This document shows positions 10,727 to 22,560 of a stretch of 64,000 nt of DNA, one piece after another. The stretch spans positions 138,012,001 through 138,076,000 of the forward strand of contig NC_042999.1 in the NCBI RefSeq assembly GCF_006345805.1. The letters run 5' to 3'. Both the position numbers and the translations under genes were made by a program. Under the pieces are notes generated by a model that worked only from the letters and a program-made list of their open reading frames with translations, was not told where the DNA came from and ran no database searches. The DNA comes from Octopus sinensis. Taxonomy: Eukaryota. Every line of letters begins with the position of its first letter. Position 1 is the first letter of the stretch.

Positions 10727-12060
10727 CTTCACCTTAACCCCTCCAGGAGAAAGCGCTACTGCAAAGTTCACACTGCTCTTCTCATTAAATGTTAAAAGTA
10801 GGCAAGATTTTCCTTAGCTTTGTAGACAAGCACTTCCCCGTACAAATAGGTTCAGCAAAATATTTAAAAGGTACACCTTGAGAATTTCTTTTAGCTGTGT
10901 AACCAATGTAAACAAGATTTTAGTAGGTAGACCCACACCTAAGTCAGAGGCAGGATGCACATGTAGAGGTAACACATGTCCACTGAACGGCTACTGTAAC
11001 ACGAGGCAGAGGTAACACCAATAGGACCAAATGGGCAGCCAAACGTGCGAAAGTACGAGGGAACAACTGAAGACTCCTTCAGAACTCGCTATGACAACCA
11101 CAAGCACTCCTTCAACATCCCGGAGAGACGTAACGCCACAACTCTGGCCAAGCACGTATGATTATTGAAAGACAGCGCTATCAACTACAGCATAAAGTGG
11201 AAGATACTAGAGAATGTAAAGCGTACTTCAATAGCAGCGAGAAGTGCAGATTATACTTAGCCGAGAGAAGAGCGATTTTAAAGAGCACCCAGCACAAAGG
11301 CATTTACTTGAATAGCAGAAGTGAGAGTTTTAATCCTTGCCTACATGAAAGGAAGTACATCCTATCATACCTGCGTGGGCCATCATGACTATAATCACCA
11401 GTCGCCCAACTTTGTCCCTCCACCAAAACCTTGCAGTCCGGCAAAGTGTTTGACCAGAACATACACTAACACACTCACAAACAAACACACACACCCCAGA
11501 ACGGCGAACACGTACCCAATTGACCTCCTCCCCCGCAATATATGCTCCCATACATATTATACCCCTACATACAACGCATGCACACATAAATGCCCTACGA
11601 ATTTAACCAATACATAAAAGAAATGGAACACACCAACGAACATAAATGTGTATGCCCACCCCACGCAAAGACTATACATATAGTACCACTGTATACATTC
11701 TATTTCCACAAGAGCACAATCCCTAAAGACACACATTTCCCACAAAAACCTTTTCTCAGAAAACTGTTGCCAACTTGAAACAGAACTATCTCCAGAGGCG
11801 ATGTTTTGGTACCAATGGACATAACTCTTAATTCAATCCCCTGCTCGATTCGTTTCATCATCTCTTTCACAGCAACCACAAACCCGATGTGTCTATTCAC
11901 CTCCAACAATAGAGAACAGTTGCCATATTTCATTCATAACGGCTACTTCTGATGAATGGTGCGTTACATTATCGGACTGTTGCCTAACACTCCGTTGAAC
12001 CCCTAGTGCGAAACTGATTGGTAAGATCAGCCGCAATGGACATACAATACTGTACACTTC
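10727..12060 (+). mobile_element. Penelope-like element 3' fragment, copy 2, with long 3' UTR and hammerhead-like terminal motif
   Basis: 10727-11485 is nearly identical to 9495-10250. ORF 11158-11388 is the GIY-YIG C-terminus. CTGATGA at 11949-11955 and GAAAC at 12010-12014. Confidence 0.8.
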
Positions 12061-12063
12061 GAG

Positions 12064-12099
<36 letters not shown>

Positions 12100-12147
12100 A
12101 TATATATATATTATATAATATATATATATATATATATATTTGTTTAT

Positions 12148-12241
<94 letters not shown>

Positions 12242-12242
<1 letters not shown>

Positions 12243-12508
12243 GAGGCGCAATAGCCCAGTGGTTAGGGTAGCGGACTCGCGGTCGTAGGATCGCGGTTTC
12301 GATTCCCAGACCGGGCGTTGTGTGTGTTTATTGAGCGAAAAACACCTAAAAGCTCCACGACGCTCCGGCAGGGGGTGTTGATCCCTGCTGTACTCTTTCA
12401 CCAATCTGTCTCTCACTCTTTCGTCTGTTGGCTAAAACAATGCGAACGCATTGTGACCAGCGATGTGTAGCAACATCTGATGGTCTGGTCGGTCACGTGA
12501 TCACGTGA
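12242..12508 (+). mobile_element. tRNA-derived SINE family C, apparently full length, between (TA)n/(TG)n and (TA)n
   Basis: tRNA-like head GGCGCAATAGCCCAGTGGTTAGGG (A box) and GGTTTCGATTCCC (B box), a unique body, and a tail ending GTCACGTGATCACGTGA. Resembles octopus OR-type SINEs as recalled. Confidence 0.8.
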
Positions 12509-12525
12509 TATATATATATATATAT

Positions 12526-12594
<69 letters not shown>

Positions 12595-12699
12595 ACTTGA
12601 GGGACGAAGAACTTGCCCAAAATTGACTGATGTTTATGACGTATCATATGTTACATTCACGATTAGTTGTTATCAGCAACACTTGCAGACGCTTCTCTA

Positions 12700-13110
12700 T
12701 AAGTGCCAACACCTTTAGCAATATTTATAGCAGTCAATTTAAAGTTTAAGCGGAGTTGGTGGAATTTCTGTATTCTCATCTGTATCCTGAGCTTACTTTT
12801 GTTCAAACAGCATCAGCTTCTCATTAGATAAACTCTTCTATTGGCCATTATCAATTCAATCATATCGTTCAAACTCAACATCAAGTGTCATAATCTTTCC
12901 GAATTTGATGCAGACATTCTACTTGTCGAAGACTTGTAAAGCCACAGATACAATCTAGACATCGTATACCTTTTCCAGCACCATTCAAAGTCGAGTGTTT
13001 CACAGCATCCATTATGTTGAACTTCTTCCATTAACTTTAAATTCATTACTTCTATCAGTTGCTTTTATTAGTAGTTTGAAAGTTCTTCTCGAATAATTTG
13101 CCCTGAGGTT
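12700..13110 (-). mobile_element. Fossil Tigger/pogo-type transposase fragment
   Basis: Minus-strand YSRRTFKLLIKATDRSNEF and (W)KKFNIMDAVK resemble the Tigger DDE C-terminal region (YLRRTF..., FWK.FNI.DA). Confidence 0.55.
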
Positions 13111-13322
13111 AGCTATCACACCTTGATCCATTGGCAGGAGCAAAGAAGTTGTACTTGTGGGAAATAAACACAAACACAGAGATTACACACACATACACTC
13201 GCACACATGCACACGCTCCCACACACACGCATACACATGCACATACACACCGATATATATACACACACACACGCACACACACACACACGCACACACACGC
13301 ACACACACATATATATATATAT

Positions 13323-13478
13323 GGACGGCTTCTTTCAGTTTCCGTTTACCGAATCCACTCTCAAGGCTTTGGTCAGCCCGAGGCTATAGTAGAAGACACT
13401 TGCCCAAGATGCTACGCAGTAGAACTGAACCCAGAACCATGTGGTTGGTAAGCAAGGTACTTACCACACAGCCACTTG
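13323..13478 (-). mobile_element. SINE family A 5' half
   Basis: GAAGACACTTGCCCAAG...ACTGAACCCAGAACCATGTGGTTGG. Confidence 0.8.
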
Positions 13479-13757
13479 CTTTTGTTGTTATTTTTGCAGT
13501 TTCGAAAAAAAAAAAAAACTGTTGAACGCATTATCACTTTAGAACATGAAAATCAGTGGGAAAATTTATCCCGTGTTACGTGATTTCACATTCAAACATG
13601 AAAATGAATAAGAAAATTAATTTCGTGTTTCCGTTAATTTCGCGTTACGAGATTTTACGTGGTCGAACCCTCTAGCTGAAACGTTGCAGCTGGTTACGTC
13701 TCTGTTTATGTTTTAGTTTGTCATATCGTATGTTTCTATCAGTAATCGTAAAATAAT

Positions 13758-13791
<34 letters not shown>

Positions 13792-14289
13792 AAAAAAGAA
13801 AAAAGAGAGATAGGGAGAAAGAGGAAAAAGAAAAAAAAGGGCTTAAGAGAAGGAGAGAGAGGAGAGAAAGAGGGGAGAAAGAGAAAGGAAATTGGTTAAG
13901 AAATTTTAATGCAGCTTTTTCTTTTCGCATCTGTACTAGATTTGAGAACATATGCAATAATAATGTGGATAAGAGAAAGTTAAGTAGAAAGCCCACACAG
14001 CAGAATAAATAAATAAATGAATATAAAATAAATAAAAATATAAATACCCAAGGACAGACATATTTAAAACTTAATGGTTATTTGTACTTGAGGTTAGTAT
14101 GTTAGGAGAGTCTGTCCTCTTATCAGCAGCATTGCCAAGATGACTCACCAAGACAAACTAACACAGAGGCTACCAATCATAACTACTTATAATAACTCTG
14201 CAGAGTTGACGAAAGTTTTTGTGAAAGACTGCCAAAGAGGAGAACTGCCAAAATAATGAAGTTTTTCTTTTTGCATGAAAATATCTTGA

Positions 14290-14402
14290 ATATATATATA
14301 TATATATATAAATATAAATGTAAATATATACATATATAAATATAAATGTAAATTATACATATATAAATATAAAGTAAATATATACATACATATATATATA
14401 TA

Positions 14403-14494
<92 letters not shown>

Positions 14495-14530
14495 ATATAT
14501 ATATATACTATATGTATATACACACACATG

Positions 14531-14562
<32 letters not shown>

Positions 14563-14589
14563 TGTATATATATACACACAATGTATATA

Positions 14590-14623
<34 letters not shown>

Positions 14624-14742
14624 CACACACATATATATATATGTATATATATATATACATATATATATATACATATATAATATATACATATATATATATA
14701 TATATACATATATATATAAAATATTATATATATATATATATA
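14290..14742. repeat. Long (TA)n-rich microsatellite array
   Basis: Direct reading. Confidence 0.95.
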
Positions 14743-14828
14743 ATAGCTCAGTCGGTAGAGCATCAGACTTTTATAGGTCAACCTTAGAAGTATTCTGAGG
14801 GTCGCGGGTTCGAGTCCCTCTGCGGGCG
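14743..14828 (+). tRNA. tRNA-Lys-TTT: Intron-containing tRNA-Lys(TTT) copy lacking the first 6 acceptor-stem bases (probable retro-pseudogene of a pre-tRNA)
   Basis: TAGCTCAGTCGGTAGAGCA D arm; anticodon stem TCAGA/TCTGA (14763-67/14794-98); anticodon TTT at 14770-72; 19-nt intron at canonical position 37/38 (14774-14792) whose 3' part AGAAGT pairs with ACTTTT of the anticodon region; T arm GGTTCGAGTCC; 3' acceptor strand TGCGGGC plus G73. Confidence 0.85.
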
Positions 14829-15313
<485 letters not shown>

Positions 15314-15480
15314 GTGTGTGTGTGTGTTTATATATACATTTATAAATTTTTACTGGGAAAAGTTTGACAGTGTCTTCGAGTTTCGGCTTGAATCTTCCAT
15401 GCGTCAACATTTCCTTCTTGCAACAATGTACCTTTAATTTAATCAAGATATCGCTGGATTTTTGCCACTGAAAGAAGCCC

Positions 15481-15518
<38 letters not shown>

Positions 15519-15703
15519 GTATATTTGAGTGTGTGTGCGTTAGTCTCTCCACCATCGCTTGACAACCGATGTTGGTGTGTTTACGTCCCTGTAACTGCTT
15601 GGCATACTTTCCTCGCATGAAACTAATAGTAGCACACAACAAATATTGTGCTTATTATACATACACACACATATGTGTGTATGTGTGTATGTATATCTGT
15701 ATG

Positions 15704-15784
<81 letters not shown>

Positions 15785-16434
15785 ATAAACACAATATATG
15801 TTTTATGTGCTACTATTAGTTTCATGCGAGGAAAGCATGCCAGACATTATTTTTTAACTTGTCTGATGTCTCAACGCAATCTTCAGGCACTGCCCACATG
15901 ACACAACAAGCTAAAAATAGGGCGATAGAATGAGAGAAAAAAGCGAGAAAAGACGATAAAGAAGTAGATATAAAAGGTGGAAAGTTGAAAAACCAGAAAG
16001 CGAAAAGAAAACAGAAAGAAGTAAAAGGTGGGGGTAAGATTAGAGTTATTTTCCCTTTGACCGTAAAATATAAGACTGAAAAGATAGTGGCCTAGAATCT
16101 GTACTACAGCTACTCAATCTGGAGAGGGTGGTACTTTCCAGTTCCTCAACAGAAACTTAGCCATATGCTTAGACCGCTGACGTTTTCGGTTCTGTGTTTT
16201 TCCCCTCGCCACTGTCTGACAACCGGCGTGGGTCTGTGTACGTCCCAGAAACTACTCGATTTGTTCTGTTTTTTTAAATATGTTTCATCTAAATTTTAGC
16301 TTGTTAAATAGTTTAGTTTAATCTCCAACATTTTCTATTGTTGTTGAATTTGTAAAATTCAGTTGCAAAAACAATCCAAACAAAAATGTATATACTAATA
16401 TAGAAAAATAAAAGATTTCCAATAATTTATAGAA

Positions 16435-16800
16435 AGGTATAGTTTTGTGGTTAAGAAGTTCACTTTGCACTCACGTGATTTTGGGTTGAATCCCACTGTG
16501 CGACACTTTGGGGAAACATCTTCTATTATAAACCCGAGCCAACTAATACCTTCTGAGTGAATTTGGTAGATGGGTACTGTGTGGAAGCCCGTCGTATATA
16601 TAAATATATATAAATATAAATATGTATATATGTGTGCTTGTGTGTGTCTGTGTTTGACTTACTACTGCTTGCCAGCCGGTGTTAGTTTGTGTACATCCCT
16701 GTAATTTAGCAGTTTGGCGAAAGAAACTGATAAGTACCGAGTCGGTTTGTTCGACTAAACTCTACAAGGCGGTGCCCATCACAGTCGTATCCCAATGACT
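16435..16800 (+). mobile_element. Diverged SINE family A copy
   Basis: GTGGTTAAGAAG...TCCCACTGTGCGACACTTTGGG...GAAGCCCGTCGTATATA, plus the 3' half. Confidence 0.65.
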
Positions 16801-17084
16801 TTTTAAAGTCATTTTTAAAGTTTGTTACTTATTCTATCGGTCACCTTTACCGAACGCTGAGTCACGGGGGATACACAAACATGTCCAATTTATCGAGAAA
16901 ATTATAAAAAGCCTTGATCAAGTTTCGATCTTTATTGGATTCTCATCAGTGGTGTCTACACCACTTGACCAGTCCCAGAAAAAAAAAAAAAAACAAGTAG
17001 CCAATCCATTTCTATGAACATCAGCTCTTCATTTCATATCAGGAGCAAGCCAACAACGATGGCTTCTGATCTAGACACAAGGCC

Positions 17085-17295
17085 CACAATTCTTGAGGAA
17101 CCTGGATTAGTTGATAACATCGACTCCAATACCTGACTGATACCTTATTTTATCAACGTTGAGAGATATAAAAGTTTATTTTATCGATGCAGGAGAGATG
17201 AAAGGTAAAGTTGATCGCGGTGTGATTTTAACTCAGAATGAAAAGAACCGGAAAAAATACTGAGAAGCGCTTTCTCCGGTACTCTAACAGTTCTA
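17085..17295 (-). mobile_element. Diverged SINE family B copy
   Basis: GATGAAAGGTAAAGTTGATC...TTTAACTCAGAA. Confidence 0.6.
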
Positions 17296-17334
17296 CCAAT
17301 CAACTAGCTTTATGCATATATATATATATATATG

Positions 17335-17545
17335 ATTCAAAATGGGACCGCGTGTGTACCGTTGGTGATTTTTTTCCCCTTGTCTTCCCTTCTCTGGATC
17401 TTTCCTTCTCCTAAGTTTCCAACGAAGAGCTCCGCTCGAAACGTTAAACCCTCCTTCTTTCCTTCTTTCCCGAGCGTCCAATAATACTATATTTGTTCCA
17501 CGTCCTCGTGTTGTGCTTTTTTGTGCTTTCATGTTTGGATTAACT
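17335..17545 (+). mobile_element. Penelope-like terminal-repeat fragment between (TA)n arrays, with a degenerate hammerhead at 17415-17449
   Basis: GTTT-CCAACGA-A-GAGC/TCC/GCTC-GAAACGT-T-AAAC. Stems I and II are intact; the core has CCA instead of CTG. Confidence 0.6.
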
Positions 17546-17580
17546 ATATATATTATATATCCTACATACCTATATACATA

Positions 17581-17676
<96 letters not shown>

Positions 17677-18566
17677 TATATATACATGAATGTATGTATT
17701 GGTGTTTGCGCACGCGCGTGTCTTGGTGTATAGATATGTAGTTAGATATCATTCACACTTACAGTATGTAAATATTTAATACATACACACGCACGCCCAC
17801 ACACACACACACACACATAAATATAGAATTTAATTATAAGGGTATATGTTTGAGAAAACTTGAGCCTAAGAAAATATTTTCTGTTAGATACAGAACATAT
17901 GTGTTGGCACGAGAGAGAAAAGACTGTACGGTTGTATATATGTGTGCATATGGTGTATGATTGTGTATGTGATGTGTGTATTTATTTATATTTATGCGTA
18001 TCTATAATCCATTACATGAACCTATAAGTATATATGTACAATATACATAAGTATATTTGTAAATAAACACACATGCACAAACACACACGCATACACACAT
18101 ATATAAATGGACCGTTGAAGGTGAAGATTCATGAATTGTGATTCCAATTTTCACGTTGTGGATTATTGAAAGGACTGAAGTAAAAAAATTAAGCGTTATA
18201 ATAAGCAATATTCTGTACAAAAGCATCGAAATATAGTTAACAGTATATATTCATACACACACACACACACACTTAAAAGACTGCAGAAAATACATGATAC
18301 AGTCACATTATTTAAAGGAAGGTTTTTGAAAGTTAACTATTTAAAAAAAAAACTCATTAAAAAAACAGAATATCATAATCCTTTGGGAAAGATGTTTTTG
18401 TATAGCATATATTTTGTGTGTGTAAGCGCTTTCGTTGTTTAACTTTTCAAACAAACGTGTTCTGAAACACTCCGTACAGAAGTTGATAATTTTAATCTTT
18501 TATTTTGTAAAAAGGGAATATTTGAAATTTTATATATGTATATATATCTATTTCTTTATACGTGAC

Positions 18567-18925
18567 AGAAACGTTAGCGCGCCGGGCGAAATGCTTAGCG
18601 GTATTTCGCTGAGGTCGACTTTGCCTTTCATCCTTTTGGGATCGATAAATTAAGTACCAGTTACGCACTGGGGTCGATGTAATCGACTTAATCCGTTTGT
18701 CTGTCCTTGTTTGTCCACTCTATGTTTGTCCACTCTATGTTTAGGTATTTCGTCTGCCGTTACGTTCTGAGTTCAAATTCCGCCGAGGTCGACTTTGCTT
18801 TTCATCCTTTCGGGATCGATAAATAAAGTACCAGTTACGCACTAGAGTCAATGTAATCGACTTTATCCCTTTGTCTGTCCTTGTTTGTCCCCTCTATGTT
18901 TAGCCCCTTGTGAGCAATAAAGAAA
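18567..18925 (+). mobile_element. SINE family B, dimeric arrangement
   Basis: Two consecutive family B bodies. Confidence 0.85.
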
Positions 18926-19030
18926 TATATATATATATATACATTTAAAGTGAGGGTGAGAAATTTGATATTATTTAATTAAGATCAATTTCACACCAGT
19001 GGTCTAGCATATCAAAATCTGAAGGTTCAG

Positions 19031-19187
<157 letters not shown>

Positions 19188-21158
19188 GTAAACACCATTT
19201 TACAGACGAAATAATAATGCAAGGTGAGATATAAATATAAACAAATATAGAATGGTTAAAGTGCAATTGTATCTGAAGCTAAATTTGGTTTTCTATCCCA
19301 CCTGTGATATACGCCTAAACGACAACTGCTCTATCTGCACCACTAGCTGCCTATTACTCACTACCATCAGCACCGCCATATTACTCCTGGCATGTGAACA
19401 CGCGCACTGCCACATGATTGCTTTCTGTTTGTTTATACAACTTCGAACAAGAGAATACTGCGAATAAATAAATAAATAAATAAATAAGGCCCTCCCCCAC
19501 TTTCTTGTCTCACCTTTGTCGTTCGTAATCATTTTGTACTCTTTCATGCACACTCAAAGAGATGCTGACAGAATAACAGTAGTTGTTGTATAGCCCTAGG
19601 TAGGTCATGATAGAGCAAACCTATGATAGATATATTTCAGTTAAGACAATTCAAGCTACCCTTTGTATCGAATGTGTTCATTCCCTAGCTATCTTTGATT
19701 TGAACATGATTTGGCTGCTATTTCTAACACGTGGAGCAACTACTTAGAAGCTCTCATGTTGGATCTTGTAAAGGTTTACTATGGTTGTTGTAGTTTAGGG
19801 TTTTAGGTCAGAGCGGATTGAGCAGACTTTTGTTCAAATATGTTGCAAGCAGCAGCAGCCCTGTCTTTTATTCAGACACCGTGTTTCCAAGACTTCATTA
19901 ACAAATACATCTCTTGTAACAGTTGAACAACGAGAATGAACACCAGGGGAATGATGTGTCAAATGCTGAAGCAACAAGGAACTTTTGATCAGATATTTAG
20001 AACAGAGAGGTTCAGCATAACGAGGAATAGATCAAAACGAGAACATAAATATAACAGAAGAGAAAGTGAAAAAAAAAAAAAAAAGAAAGAAGATTGGAAA
20101 GCTTCTAGATTAGATGGTATTCAGGGATTCTGGTTTTAAAATTTCCCAAGCAAGTGCAACTGTATAGTACCGTTTCTTATTGGCTGTATAGAAAATGGAA
20201 CACCAACACAAATGGCAAAAGGAAAGGCAGCGGTAATATAGAAGGATAAAGAAAAGTGAGGGTAAGTCGATAATTAAAAGTCTACTACATGCTGACTGTT
20301 ACTACCTGAAGACACCTCTGAAAGCGGGGGGCCCGCCACGCAATATGGTAGAGGAGTAGGGGCCAAAACCGGACGTGGTTCCTCCTGATGATGTCTTGAG
20401 CTAACTGGATCCTATAAAGGAGCTGTTGTGGTAGCATACCACGAAACACGGTTGAAATTTATACTCAGTCATTTACCATCTATCCTTTTTCTTCTCTTCT
20501 TCCTTCCCTGTCTCTGATTCTTCATCGTCGGTTGAGTGAGTGTGTGTGGGGGTACCCGTGTTCCCTGTTTGTCACGAAGCCTACTATTTGCATTTGTCCT
20601 GCACATCTCTCTCCCTCTCTCTGTATGATGTAAAGCGTGACTAGAGAAATCAAGCAAGCAACCAACCACTCAAACAGTCAAACAACCATCCAAAATTTAT
20701 ATCGGCTGTTATTATATAGAGATACAGCCTCGGGGTAACCTGTTCATAGGGATAGGGTCAGGCCAGGTTTATGCGTAGTAGGGGTCGTGGTTGCGAGGCT
20801 GCTGATGTTGGTGAAGACGATTGCGGTAGTGTGTTATGATGTGCTGGGTTTAGGAACTTTAATGTTCCGAACGAATTATAATGGACTAATAAGGAAGCAG
20901 AGAATATATAGATAATAAATAAAGAGAGATTAAATTGAAACATTCTTGTGTTTTTAATATAACATGGTTGAAATAAAATTGTACCCTATTTATACATACA
21001 CTCGTGCACGTACATACACAGACACACACATGCAAATACATCGATACAAACACACACATACACACATACACAGACACATACGCTCACACATACGCACGCT
21101 GTGTCCGTGTATATACAGTAATGTCTCGATATACAATTTAATTTGTTTCCGAAGACCA

Positions 21159-21377
21159 CTCGTAAAGCGAAAACTCGTAAAGCAGAGCAATAATTTCCCA
21201 TAGTAGTAATGAAATTTTATGCCGTCATTTTACTCCGTCACTGTTTAGACGCGTCAGAACCAGTGTTGCCACATGTCGCGATGTGGCCACACACACAAAA
21301 GGGCTGTTTAACCTTTTATATTTATTATAAAATAAAACTCGTGATCCCGGGGTCTCGTAAAGCGGGTCCTCATAAAG
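21159..21377. promoter_or_regulatory. Candidate enhancer: homotypic cluster of posterior-Hox/Cdx-type sites
   Basis: CTCGTAAAGC occurs three times (21159, 21174, 21354), plus CTCATAAAG (21369) and GGCATAAAA on the minus strand (21215-21223). Function is inferred. Confidence 0.3.
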
Positions 21378-22334
21378 TGAAATATTACTGTATATATTTC
21401 TTCTTTCTTTCTGCTCCTCTCTTTCTTAATAACGTCCGCACACACACATACATAAAACGTGTGTGTGTACATAATACGCGCATACGTATATGTATATATA
21501 TAGGCTTTAACCAATTCAAATATGCTTGAGGCATATTGAACCCGTATGAAAACCATTCACTTTATTTTGTTATGGAGAAAATTTCTTGTAGACAAATAGG
21601 TGTAAACACACTAAATGAGTTCGAGGCACCTTCTATCCAGATTGATGGATGCATGCATTTCGGAGGAGTTATTTATTCTTCAGCATCAGACACCTGAAGT
21701 GGAAGGCGTTTATGACTGACTTGACATAGATCTCTTATTTTCCAGTCAACATACTATAACTGGTTGCGTTAATCGGCGGAGAGGACATAATACGGAATAC
21801 ATATATGTATACATACATGCAAAAATATATACATATATGAATATTACGTACACATATATTTACCTATGCATACGCATATCTATCAATACACACACATACA
21901 TATATAGACATGCATACATATATACCTGAATGTATTCATACACATACACACGCACACACACACACATACACACGTTTTATGTGCGTGTAGTGTTGAAAAC
22001 TTGAGTAAAACTAATATATCTGAAAATTAAAATTCCGATAATCTTTTTAATTTTACGGCTCTCATGTTTTTTGTTTATTGTTCCAGTAAAACCATACAGC
22101 ACTATGCTATAGCAAGAGACTTACGCATGACCTTTGTCATATGCTGGACAGACAGCCTTCGACGTCAGACAGAATTTGACGCCAGTCAGGATCAACGACC
22201 GACGTACGTTATGAGGATGAATATAAAGATAAGAATTTAAACAGCCTGGTCTTTAATAAATGTTGAACATTTAATATGTAGAAAATAGGTGTATAGTTTT
22301 AAAGGAATTTAAAAAAAATATTTATAATTTATGT

Positions 22335-22560
22335 TAAGCGGTTGATAGTCAGAGTTGTTAGAGCGTCGGACAAAATGTCTTGCAGTATGATATTTCTTCC
22401 GGTTTTTTACATCCTGAGTTCAAATACAGCCAAAGTCAGCTTGGCTTTTCGTCCATCGGGTCAATAAAATAGAAGCTGTAGTCAAGTAAAAAGCAGAAGT
22501 CGATGTACTCCATTGGCCCTCCTCAAAATTTTAGCTCATGTGTCTATGTTGAAACAATTA
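22335..22560 (+). mobile_element. Diverged SINE family B copy
   Basis: CCTGAGTTCAAATACAGCC...CTTTTCGTCCATCGGGTCAATAAAA. Confidence 0.55.

Noticed and set aside
11159-11161. In-frame TGA in the Penelope-like GIY-YIG region as possible selenocysteine (known for some Naiad elements)
   Set aside because: The TGA is at a Trp-type position (KHV*LLK), the linker cysteines are ordinary TGY codons, and the copy is frameshifted.
19290-19563. Minus-strand exon pair (donor AAG|GTGAGA near 19512)
   Set aside because: The only open frame of the 51-nt segment leads to early stops with either acceptor, and no recognisable product results.
20300-20460. GC-rich island with CTGAAGA, CTGATGA and a GTGGT/ACCAC hairpin followed by GAAAC
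   Set aside because: I could not assemble stems I and II around a complete hammerhead core; at best it is an unresolvable relic.
20986-21201. ORF starting MGNYCS (myristoylation-like)
   Set aside because: It runs into a (TG)n repeat and overlaps the repeated motif cluster, so it is likely chance.
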